In this document: piece after piece, positions 34,614-42,188 of the stretch
Numbering within the stretch: the stretch's first letter is position 1
How the letters are laid out: each line of letters begins with the position of its first letter
Translations under genes and position numbers: made by a program
Notes under the pieces: model-generated
Seen by the model: the letters and a program-made list of their open reading frames with translations, nothing else
The model's database searches: none
Told to the model about the DNA's origin: nothing
Assembly (NCBI GenBank): GCA_965612865.1
Contig: CBFDTJ010000002.1
Coordinates: 1 to 42,188 of the forward strand
Direction: 5' to 3'
Source: an uncultured bacterium
GTDB lineage: Bacteria > Caldisericota > Caldisericia > B22-G15
Length of the DNA stretch: 42,188 nucleotides

Positions 34614-36331
34614 GAAAAAACACCATTTTTAGAAAGATATTCATCAATTTTGTAATTGTAATTTTCATTACAGCAGGATTATTCCTTCTTTTTAGTTCAC
34701 AGATAGTGAAAACTTACTATATAAACACTCTTTCAAAAGACCTGGAACAGGTTGCAAGAACAGTCTCATCCTCTGTAAAATTCATGCATTCATCAAATGA
34801 GAAGGAATCTATACAGGAATTTGTGAAGGAAATAGGTCTTTCAAAGGGGTACAGAATAACAATAGTGGGAAGTGATGGAGTTGTATGGGGAGACAGCGAA
34901 AAAAATCCTGAAGAGATGGAGAACCACAAAAATAGACCTGAAATAATTAAAGCCCTTAAGGGTGAAATAGGTACATCCATAAGATACAGCAAAACAACAA
35001 AAGAATACATGCTATATGTAGCGGTTCCTATAAGAAGAGATGGAGAAATAATTGGAGTGGCAAGAGCAAGTATGTTCATGAAAAGTATATATAACCTCAT
35101 AAACACCCTTAAAACAAGACTCATCTTCTCTACCCTCCTATCTTCTATTGCAGCTCTTTTACTCTCATATTTTCTTTCAAAAGGAATCACAACACCCATA
35201 AAGGAACTTGTGGAGTTTTCAAAGAGAATATCAATGGGTGTATTCTCTGAAGGAACAATCCCAAAAAGGAATGATGAGATTGGAGAATTGATGGAAAATA
35301 TGAATATCATGGCTAAAAGGATTGGCAAACTTGTGGAAAACTTAAAAAGTGAGGGTGAGACTCTGGAGACGATAATAAAGTCCATAGACGAAGCAATCCT
35401 TCTTATAGATGGGAATGGTATGATAAAACATGCCAATAAAGAATTTAAAAACTTGGTAGGAAAGGAGAAGGTGGAAGAAAGATACTACTGGGAAGTTATT
35501 AAGAATGATGAATTAAGAAAGTTCATTAAAAGAGCACTGGATAAGGAATCAATGAGAGAGAGAATTCAGATAAAGGATAGAAACTTTATTTTAAGTTCAA
35601 GGAAAATTGAAACAGCAAATAAAATCCTTATAACTTTTTACGATGTCACAGAACTCCAGAAGTACGAAGAAATGAAAAAGGAATTCATAGGGAATTTATC
35701 CCATGAGTTAAAAACGCCCTTGACCTCCATTAAGGGTTTTGTTGAGGTAATGAAGGAGGAGGGGAAATTAAAGTACATAGATATTATTGAAAGAAATATA
35801 GATAGAATGATCCAGATTGTAAAAGATATCCAGATGCTTTCAAAACTGGAATACAGAAAAACGAAAGCTCAGATTGAGTCTGTTGATGCTTTGGATATAT
35901 TAAAAGATATAGAGAAACTCTTTTACAAAAAGGCAGAGGAGAAGGGATTAAATCTTCTAATGGAAGTAGAGGAGAAACCATTTTACATAAAGGTTGATCC
36001 ATATCTCTTTGAAGAAATGCTTGTAAACCTTGTGGACAATGCAATAAGATACACAGATAGAGGAAGCGTTAGTGTAAAGATATATAGAGGCGAAGGAGGG
36101 TTCTTTGTGGAGGTAAAGGATACAGGAATAGGAATACCAGAGAAACACATTAATAGAATATTTGAAAGATTCTATGTTGTTGATAAATCAAGATCAAAGA
36201 GAACAGGGGGGACTGGTCTTGGTCTCTCAATAGTGAAACATATAGTATTATTACACAATGGAAAAATAGATGTGAGAAGTGTTCCAGGGGAAGGAACCAC
36301 ATTTACAATTTTTATCCCCCAAAATCCTTAA
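34610..36331 (+). CDS. phoR: Sensor histidine kinase (PhoR-type by context)
   Basis: Two TM segments flank an extracytoplasmic domain, followed by HAMP, PAS, H-box SHELKTPLTSIKG, N-box DNAIRYT, G1 DTGIGI and G2 GGTGLGLSIV. ATGA overlap with the regulator gene. Confidence 0.88.
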   Translation: MRKNTIFRKIFINFVIVIFITAGLFLLFSSQIVKTYYINTLSKDLEQVARTVSSSVKFMHSSNEKESIQEFVKEIGLSKGYRITIVGSDGVVWGDSEKNPEEMENHKNRPEIIKALKGEIGTSIRYSKTTKEYMLYVAVPIRRDGEIIGVARASMFMKSIYNLINTLKTRLIFSTLLSSIAALLLSYFLSKGITTPIKELVEFSKRISMGVFSEGTIPKRNDEIGELMENMNIMAKRIGKLVENLKSEGETLETIIKSIDEAILLIDGNGMIKHANKEFKNLVGKEKVEERYYWEVIKNDELRKFIKRALDKESMRERIQIKDRNFILSSRKIETANKILITFYDVTELQKYEEMKKEFIGNLSHELKTPLTSIKGFVEVMKEEGKLKYIDIIERNIDRMIQIVKDIQMLSKLEYRKTKAQIESVDALDILKDIEKLFYKKAEEKGLNLLMEVEEKPFYIKVDPYLFEEMLVNLVDNAIRYTDRGSVSVKIYRGEGGFFVEVKDTGIGIPEKHINRIFERFYVVDKSRSKRTGGTGLGLSIVKHIVLLHNGKIDVRSVPGEGTTFTIFIPQNP

Positions 36332-36388
36332 CACAAATTTAACAAAAAATTTATACCTAATTAACCCTCTCCCACTATAATGTTAACG
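36328..36388 (+). promoter_or_regulatory. Pho-box array and -10 element of the pstS promoter
   Basis: TTAACA at 36328, TTAACA at 36339, TTTATA at 36350, TTAACC at 36361 and TTAACG at 36383 all lie on an 11-bp phase. TATAAT is at 36376-36381 with no -35 hexamer. The boxes span about -60 to -22. Confidence 0.6.
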
Positions 36389-36411
36389 AAAAACTTTTTA
36401 GGAGGTTTTTT

Positions 36412-37488
36412 ATGAGAAAACTTTTAATTCTTTTGGTGGTAGTATCACTGGCAACCTCTATGATTCTAACCGGGTGCAAAAACGAAGAGACACCTTCCAA
36501 AGAACCTCAAAAAAATATTGAGCTCATAGGAGCAGGAGCAACTTTTCCTCAACCACTATACACAAAGATGTTTGATGTCTATTACAAGAATACCGGGGTT
36601 AAGGTTAACTATCAGGGAATTGGTTCAGGAGGAGGGATAAGGCAACTTCTTGAGATGGCGGTAGATTTTGGTGCCACTGATGCCTATATGTCTGATGATC
36701 AGCTTAAAGAGGCACCACAGAAGATTGTACACATTCCTATGGCACTTGGAGCAGTGGTTGTAACATACAATCTTGAGGGAAATCCAAAGCTTAAGCTTGA
36801 CGGAGAAACAATATCAGATATCTTTCTTGGAAAAATAACAAAGTGGAATGATGATAGAATTAAAAGACTAAATCCAGATGTAACTCTTCCAGACATGAAT
36901 ATTACAGTTATTCATAGATCTGATGGAAGTGGAACGACATTTATATTCACAGATTTTCTATCCAAAGTAAGTGAGGAGTGGAAAGAAAAGGTGGGTTGTG
37001 GAAAATCACTGAACTGGCCTGTGGGACTTGGTGCAAAGGGAAATCCCGGAGTTGCTGGGCTTGTAAAACAAACTCCTGGTTCAATTGGATATGTAGAACT
37101 TTCCTATGCCGAGGAGAACAACCTTCCATACGCCATGATAAAGAACAAAAAGGGTAATTTCATCAATCCATCACTTGAGAGCGTATCTCTTGCAGCAAAT
37201 GTTCCTCTTCCTGACGATACAAGGGTTAGACTCACAAACACAGATGCAGAGAAGGGTTATCCTATATCAAGTTTCACATGGATAATAGTGTATGAGAATC
37301 AGAACTACAAAGGAAGGAGCAAGGAAAGAGCAGAAGAACTTGTAAAACTGCTGTGGTGGATGATTCATGAAGGGCAGGAATACAACGAACCTCTCCTATA
37401 TGGGAGACTTCCAAAGGCAGCGGTAGAAAAGGCAGAAAGGATAATAAAGGGAATCAATTATGATGGAGAGCCACTCCTTAAGCAATAA
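36412..37488 (+). CDS. pstS: Phosphate ABC transporter substrate-binding lipoprotein PstS
   Basis: Lipobox LTGC, GAGATFPQPLY, GIGSGGGIRQ, HRSDGSGTT and GSIGYVELSYA. Confidence 0.93.
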   Translation: MRKLLILLVVVSLATSMILTGCKNEETPSKEPQKNIELIGAGATFPQPLYTKMFDVYYKNTGVKVNYQGIGSGGGIRQLLEMAVDFGATDAYMSDDQLKEAPQKIVHIPMALGAVVVTYNLEGNPKLKLDGETISDIFLGKITKWNDDRIKRLNPDVTLPDMNITVIHRSDGSGTTFIFTDFLSKVSEEWKEKVGCGKSLNWPVGLGAKGNPGVAGLVKQTPGSIGYVELSYAEENNLPYAMIKNKKGNFINPSLESVSLAANVPLPDDTRVRLTNTDAEKGYPISSFTWIIVYENQNYKGRSKERAEELVKLLWWMIHEGQEYNEPLLYGRLPKAAVEKAERIIKGINYDGEPLLKQ

Positions 37489-38407
37489 TCACAAAAGATC
37501 CCTCAAGGATAATGTGGAGAGGGGAGAGAGGTTTTTCAGAGCCTTTCTCCTCTCCCTTGGTGTATTTATGATCCTTCTTGTCTCCTCAGTCCTTCTAACC
37601 CTTGTCTTAAATTCTCTCCCTTCCATAAAAGAATTTGGTCTTTCCTTCTTTACAGGAGCAACATGGAATCCTGTGAATGGGAAGTTTGGCGCCTTACCAT
37701 TTCTTATGGGAACGCTTCTAACATCCATTCTCTCACTTTTAATCTCAGTCCCTTTCTCCCTTTCAATATCAATACTTATTTCAGATTATATAAAAGGTGG
37801 ATTGCTTTCCTCCATTCTTCAAATATTCGCAGAACTCGTTGCTGGTATCCCCTCTGTTGTGATAGGATTGTGGGGACTCTTTGTTCTTGTCCCTCTTGTT
37901 AGAAAACTTGAGACAAAAATAGGTATCACACCATATGGAGTTGGAATATTCACCGCATCTATCATTCTCGCAATAATGATAATTCCATACTCTGCATCCA
38001 TAGGGAGAGAGGTTCTCTCCCTTGTCCCAAAAGAGATAAAAGAAGGGGGATTCTCTCTTGGAGCAACAAAATTTGAAGTTATAAAAAACATATCTCTTCC
38101 ATACGCAAAATCCGGCATACTTGCAGGTTTCCTTCTCTCCTTTGGAAGAGCTTTTGGAGAAACAATGGCTGTAACAATGGTTATAGGCAACTCCAATAAG
38201 ATTCCAAAAAGCATTTTTATGCCAGGAAACACAATGGCAAGTGTGATAGCCAATGAATTTGCAGAGGCAACAACAAAACTTTACATCTCCTCTCTCATTG
38301 AGATGGCTCTTCTTCTGTTCCTCGTCTCAACAGTGATAAATATATTTGGAAGGTATGTAATAAAGAGGTTGAGCAATGAAGAAACTGAGGGGAAGAATCT
38401 TTCTTGA
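37460..38407 (+). CDS. pstC: Phosphate ABC transporter permease PstC
   Basis: Six-TM permease with the EAA-type loop EIKEGGFSLGATKFEVIKNISLPYAKSGI. Position after pstS. Confidence 0.9.
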   Translation: MMESHSLSNNHKRSLKDNVERGERFFRAFLLSLGVFMILLVSSVLLTLVLNSLPSIKEFGLSFFTGATWNPVNGKFGALPFLMGTLLTSILSLLISVPFSLSISILISDYIKGGLLSSILQIFAELVAGIPSVVIGLWGLFVLVPLVRKLETKIGITPYGVGIFTASIILAIMIIPYSASIGREVLSLVPKEIKEGGFSLGATKFEVIKNISLPYAKSGILAGFLLSFGRAFGETMAVTMVIGNSNKIPKSIFMPGNTMASVIANEFAEATTKLYISSLIEMALLLFLVSTVINIFGRYVIKRLSNEETEGKNLS

Positions 38408-39218
38408 TAGGGTATTCTTTTTTACAATAGTGGCTCTTTCAACCATAACCATTGCTCCACTATTCTTAATATTATTCCACATTATAAAAAATGGAATATC
38501 TGCGATAAATTGGGATTTCTTCTTCTCCCTTCCAAAACCTACAGGAGAAGAGGGAGGAGGAATAGCCAACGCAATAGTTGGTTCAGCCATTATAGTAGGA
38601 ATTGCAACACTTCTCTTGGTTCCCTTAGGTGTATTTACAGGGGTTTACCTATCGGAAAATAGAGAGACAAAACTATCAAATGTAGTGAGAACTCTTACAG
38701 AGATACTCCAATCTACTCCCTCAATAGTAATGGGTATAATTGGCTACATCTGGCTTGTAAGAACTATGGGAACATTCTCAGCCCTTGCTGGTGGAATTGC
38801 ACTTGGAATAATGATGCTCCCAATAATTGTAAGAACAACAGAAGAGGTTTTAAATTTAATACCGGAAGATATGAAGGAGGCTTCGTATGCCCTTGGTGTC
38901 CCATATCACAGGACAATCCTTAAAGTTGTTCTTCCTGCAGGATTTAATGGTATAACATCGGGGATACTTCTTGGAATATCCAGAATTGCTGGAGAAACGG
39001 CACCTCTTCTCTTCACAAGTTTTGGAAACCAGTTCATGAATCTAAATATCTTAAAACCCATGAGTGCAATCCCTCTTGTTATATTTGTGTATTCTTCAAG
39101 CCCTTATCCTGACTGGTGGAGAATGGCATGGGGAGCTTCATTTATCCTCGTTATATTTGTCCTAATTTTGAATATATTAGGGAGGTTATTAGGAACAAGA
39201 TGGAAAACAAGATTTTAA
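38376..39218 (+). CDS. pstA: Phosphate ABC transporter permease PstA
   Basis: [10 protein letters not shown] and the loop [23 protein letters not shown]. Overlaps the pstC end. Confidence 0.9.
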   Translation: MKKLRGRIFLDRVFFFTIVALSTITIAPLFLILFHIIKNGISAINWDFFFSLPKPTGEEGGGIANAIVGSAIIVGIATLLLVPLGVFTGVYLSENRETKLSNVVRTLTEILQSTPSIVMGIIGYIWLVRTMGTFSALAGGIALGIMMLPIIVRTTEEVLNLIPEDMKEASYALGVPYHRTILKVVLPAGFNGITSGILLGISRIAGETAPLLFTSFGNQFMNLNILKPMSAIPLVIFVYSSSPYPDWWRMAWGASFILVIFVLILNILGRLLGTRWKTRF

Positions 39219-39958
39219 GGATAGAGAATCTAAATGCATACTACGGCGATAATCATGTTTTAAAGAACATAAACATGGAAATTTATGAGAAGAAGATAAC
39301 TGCAGTGATGGGTCCATCAGGTTGTGGAAAAACAACCTTTATTAGATGCATAAACAGACTCCACGAACTCACACCAAATGCAAAGGTGGAGGGCAAAATT
39401 TTCCTAAGAGGAAAAAACATCTATGAAATGCATCCTGTTGTTGTGAGACAGAAAATCGGCATGGTTTTTCAAAGACCAAATCCCTTCCCAACAATGAGCA
39501 TCTACGACAATGTTATTGCAGGATATAAATTAAATGGGATAAAACTCACAAGAGAGGAGAGGGATAAAATCGTTAAGGAGAGTTTGGAAAAGGTTGGTCT
39601 CTGGGACGAGGTGAAGAATTTTCTCTTCAAAAGGGGAACATTTCTCTCTGGTGGACAACAGCAGAGACTTTGCATTGCAAGGGCAGTCGCTATGAATCCA
39701 GAGATTCTACTTCTGGATGAGCCAACTTCAGCCCTTGACCCCATAGCTACAAGGAGGATTGAAGAGCTTATAGTAAAATTAAAAGAAACGGTTACAATAC
39801 TCCTTGTTACTCATAACATTGCTCAAGCTGGAAGAGTATCGGATTATACAGCTTTCTTCTACATGGGAGAGATCATTGAGTTTGGAACAACAGAAAAGAT
39901 GTTTACCGTGCCAGAAAATAAAAAAACAGAGGAGTATCTAACTGGAAAATTTGGATAA
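39200..39958 (+). CDS. pstB: Phosphate ABC transporter ATP-binding protein PstB
   Basis: [23 protein letters not shown] and [12 protein letters not shown]. The ATG at 39200 ([11 protein letters not shown]) gives the usual ~252 aa. The ORF-track start at 39116 lies deep inside pstA. Confidence 0.93.
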   Translation: MENKILRIENLNAYYGDNHVLKNINMEIYEKKITAVMGPSGCGKTTFIRCINRLHELTPNAKVEGKIFLRGKNIYEMHPVVVRQKIGMVFQRPNPFPTMSIYDNVIAGYKLNGIKLTREERDKIVKESLEKVGLWDEVKNFLFKRGTFLSGGQQQRLCIARAVAMNPEILLLDEPTSALDPIATRRIEELIVKLKETVTILLVTHNIAQAGRVSDYTAFFYMGEIIEFGTTEKMFTVPENKKTEEYLTGKFG

Positions 39959-39970
39959 TGGAGGTATTGA

Positions 39971-40636
39971 ATGAGAATACTTGAAAACAAATTAAAGCTT
40001 TTGAAGGAGGAATTGACAGACCTTGTTGCCTCTGTAAGAAAAACAATAAATGATTTAATGGAAGCTCTAAAGAACAGGGACGAAAATTTATGTAAAAGGA
40101 TAATTGAAGGAGATGATGAGATTGATTTTAAATCTATAGACCTTGAGAGGAAAGTCCTACAGATAATAGCCACTCAGCACCCCCAAGCAGAAGATTTAAG
40201 GATTGTAAGCTCCATTCTCTTTATAAATATTGATCTTGAACGAATGGCAGATCATTGCGTTGATATAGCAGAGGAGACTCTAACTATAGTGGATAAACCA
40301 CATCTTAAACCCCTCATTGACCTTCCAAGGATGAAGGATACTTGTATTGAGATGCTTGACGGAGCTATAGAATCCTTTTTGAATAAAGATGTAGACCTTG
40401 CCATGAAGATAATTGAAAAGGATGATATACTTGACAAACTCAACTGGCAGATATTCAGAGAACTTTTAACATACATGATGGAGGATCCAAGGAACATAAG
40501 AAGAGCAAATGCACTAATACTCATAAGTCAACACTACGAGAGAATTGGAGACCACATAACAAATATCTGTGAAAGAACTATATATATTGTGGAAGGGAAG
40601 ATGTTAAAGACAAATCCCCATCAGCCAAGATATTAA
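39971..40636 (+). CDS. phoU: Phosphate signalling complex protein PhoU
   Basis: Two PhoU repeats, each with an E/DxxxD motif (ERMADHCVDIAE and ERIGDHITNICE). Directly after pstB. Confidence 0.92.
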   Translation: MRILENKLKLLKEELTDLVASVRKTINDLMEALKNRDENLCKRIIEGDDEIDFKSIDLERKVLQIIATQHPQAEDLRIVSSILFINIDLERMADHCVDIAEETLTIVDKPHLKPLIDLPRMKDTCIEMLDGAIESFLNKDVDLAMKIIEKDDILDKLNWQIFRELLTYMMEDPRNIRRANALILISQHYERIGDHITNICERTIYIVEGKMLKTNPHQPRY

Positions 40637-40650
40637 AGAAGAAAATCAAC

Positions 40651-42003
40651 TCAAAGGGTAAATAGAAGCATTACATCCATAACATTTGTACCTGTGGGTC
40701 CTGTTGTTATCGTATCATTTAGTTTGTTGAAAAAAGTAAAAGAATCATTGTTGTCAAGAAAAACTCTGTAATCAAGCCCTAAACTTTCTGCCCTCTTAGC
40801 CGTGTTTGAATCACATATGGCACCTCCGGAGGGTGAATTCCCATCTATTCCATCTGTTCCAAAGGAAACAAAGAGAGATTTTGTTTTCGAAAGATAGGGA
40901 GTAACTGCCAGAGATAATTCCTGATTTCTTCCACCCTTTCCATTGCCCTTCACGGTGACTGTGGTTTCTCCCCCCAAAATAAATATAAGGGGCTTTTTAA
41001 AGTACAACCTTTTATGATAAGCCTCCCAGGCAATTCCACCAAAAACTTTTGCAACCTCTCTTGCCTCTCCCTGAATGCTTGAGCCAAGATACACTGAGTT
41101 TATCCCTTTTTTATCAAAATAATTCTTTAATTCAATACATAGATCATAATTTGTTGCAACAAGAAAATTGTCCACCCGATTTAAACTCTCATCATTCTCT
41201 TTCAAAGTCTCCTCAACCTCTCCATCCATGCCCTTATAAATAATCTCCTTAACACTCTCTGGAATTTTATTGATAAGACCATATTTTAAAATAACATCCA
41301 TTGCATCCCTAAATGTTGAAGAATCAAAGTATGTAGGACCAGATGCAATTGTATCCAGGGAATCAAAGACCACATCAGAGATAATAAGTGAAATTACTCT
41401 TCCTTTGCATCTTTTTGAAAGTTTTCCTCCCTTAAGAAGAGAAAGGTGCTTTCTTATAACATTTATCTCATCTATTGAGGCACCAGAAGATAAAAGAAGC
41501 TTGGTTGTTTCCTTTAAATCTTCAAGAGAAACAAGAGGATACTCAAGAAGAGATGAGCCTCCACCAGATATTAAAACAAACAAAAGGTCATCTTCTTCAA
41601 TCTTTTCAAGTAGATTTAAAACCTTCCTTCCGGCAGCAATGCTCCCCTCATCTGGAATGGGGTGTCCTCCTTTTATGTATTTTATTCTTGAATTAAACCC
41701 ATTAAAATCAACATTGCTTACAACAACTCCCTCATCAATCTTTACTAAGGAGAGAAGAGCCTCTGTCATCTTTATGCTCGCCTTACCGAAACCGGCAAGG
41801 TATATATGATTAAATTGGTTTAGATTATAAACTTTATCTTTCACAATGAGGAGACTATCGGATAATTTCACATTTTTAAATATACTTTTCTCAGAGCTAA
41901 CCTCTTTTAAAGCTAATTCTATACCATCAAGAAGAAGCTTTCTTCCCTCACCAAATTCATCTCCTCCATTCTTTATAAGTATCTCTTTATTTTTTATGAG
42001 CAA
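40651..42003 (-). CDS. Glycerate kinase (DUF4147 + MOFRL domains; glycerate 2-kinase/TtuD type)
   Basis: LISGGGSSLLE, GGETTVTVKGNGKGGRNQELSLA and GTDGIDGNSPSGGA. TTG start 4 nt after GGAGG. Confidence 0.86.
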   Translation of the reverse strand: MLIKNKEILIKNGGDEFGEGRKLLLDGIELALKEVSSEKSIFKNVKLSDSLLIVKDKVYNLNQFNHIYLAGFGKASIKMTEALLSLVKIDEGVVVSNVDFNGFNSRIKYIKGGHPIPDEGSIAAGRKVLNLLEKIEEDDLLFVLISGGGSSLLEYPLVSLEDLKETTKLLLSSGASIDEINVIRKHLSLLKGGKLSKRCKGRVISLIISDVVFDSLDTIASGPTYFDSSTFRDAMDVILKYGLINKIPESVKEIIYKGMDGEVEETLKENDESLNRVDNFLVATNYDLCIELKNYFDKKGINSVYLGSSIQGEAREVAKVFGGIAWEAYHKRLYFKKPLIFILGGETTVTVKGNGKGGRNQELSLAVTPYLSKTKSLFVSFGTDGIDGNSPSGGAICDSNTAKRAESLGLDYRVFLDNNDSFTFFNKLNDTITTGPTGTNVMDVMLLFTL

Positions 42004-42119
42004 AGCACCTCCTCTTGTTTTTAATTATAAACTGGAGATCAAAAAATTATCTCTTAATTATTTTCACATTCCTTAAATCCTTTGATATGATACCGGATTT
42101 TAATGATTCGGTTTAGTAC

Positions 42120-42188
42120 CTGTCTCTTATACACATCTCCGAGCCCACGAGACTAGGCATGATCTCGTATGCCGTCTTCTGCTTGAAA
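42120..42188. other. Illumina Nextera adapter read-through (not genomic sequence)
   Basis: Exact CTGTCTCTTATACACATCT (mosaic end), then CCGAGCCCACGAGAC, the 8-nt index TAGGCATG, the P7 sequence ATCTCGTATGCCGTCTTCTGCTTG, and a trailing AAA. Confidence 0.97.

Noticed and set aside
34717-35436. Long antisense ORFs opposite well-supported genes. Examples: 34717..35436 (239 aa), 41270..41809 (179 aa), 22215..22736 (173 aa), 6136..6648 (170 aa), 3807..4262, 37819..38253, 2088..2495, 8912..9307 and 10368..10760.
   Set aside because: All lie opposite genes with clear family motifs. They encode S/F/L/P-rich low-complexity sequence, lack SD sequences, and are the expected by-product of strong purine loading of the coding strands: the pyrimidine-rich antisense has few stop codons.
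39116-39199. Upstream extension of pstB (ORF-track start 39116), and similar over-extensions for dcd (3541) and rnhB (14234)
   Set aside because: The extensions overlap the preceding gene by 27-150 nt, add non-conserved residues, and lack an SD. Internal starts reproduce the canonical N-termini.

Overview
AT-rich, strongly purine-loaded (K/E/I-rich proteins) bacterial chromosomal segment, probably from a thermophilic, uncultured organism. The lineage cannot be assigned by eye. The contig comes from a Nextera/Illumina assembly: its last ~69 nt (42120..42188) are sequencing adapter, not genome. The window is densely packed with about 45 mostly housekeeping genes in about 14 transcription units. 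Recognisable content, in order:
- osmC-like, cupin and a frameshifted ICMT-family methyltransferase
- floA plus a small acidic membrane protein
- dcd-thyX, ackA, an AhpD-like CMD protein, and mrp/apbC-recR-nfeD-dppA(M55)-ahcY-nudix-lexA
- rplS-lepB-rnhB plus a fucose-isomerase-like gene, and VOC plus an M20 amidohydrolase
- livJ/HMGF, a PAS-PAS-GGDEF cyclase, and rhomboid-pyk-ftsB/divIC
- a tight five-gene operon: secreted C25 peptidase with dockerin, Fe-ADH, duplicated ABC permease, ABC ATPase with C-terminal AAA-associated domain, and tgt
- an alpha-oxoamine synthase followed by a complete Pho module (phoB-phoR, pstSCAB-phoU), and a MOFRL glycerate kinase

No tRNA, rRNA, CRISPR array, transposase, integrase or phage gene was seen.

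I found no convincing defence-type or mobile novel system. The most notable signals are:
- tgt seems to start at a non-canonical ATT codon, translationally coupled to the ABC ATPase.
- The C25-dockerin/ADH/SBP-less ABC/tgt operon is an unusual gene combination.
- Promoters recurrently have a TGnTAnAAT extended -10, one of which implies a leaderless nfeD mRNA.
- An 11-bp-phased TTAAC(A/C/G) Pho-box array precedes pstS.
- A T-run frameshift splits the ICMT gene.
- The Mrp/ApbC CxxC motif is degraded to CxxS.

All functional calls rest on motifs read by eye; no database search was run.
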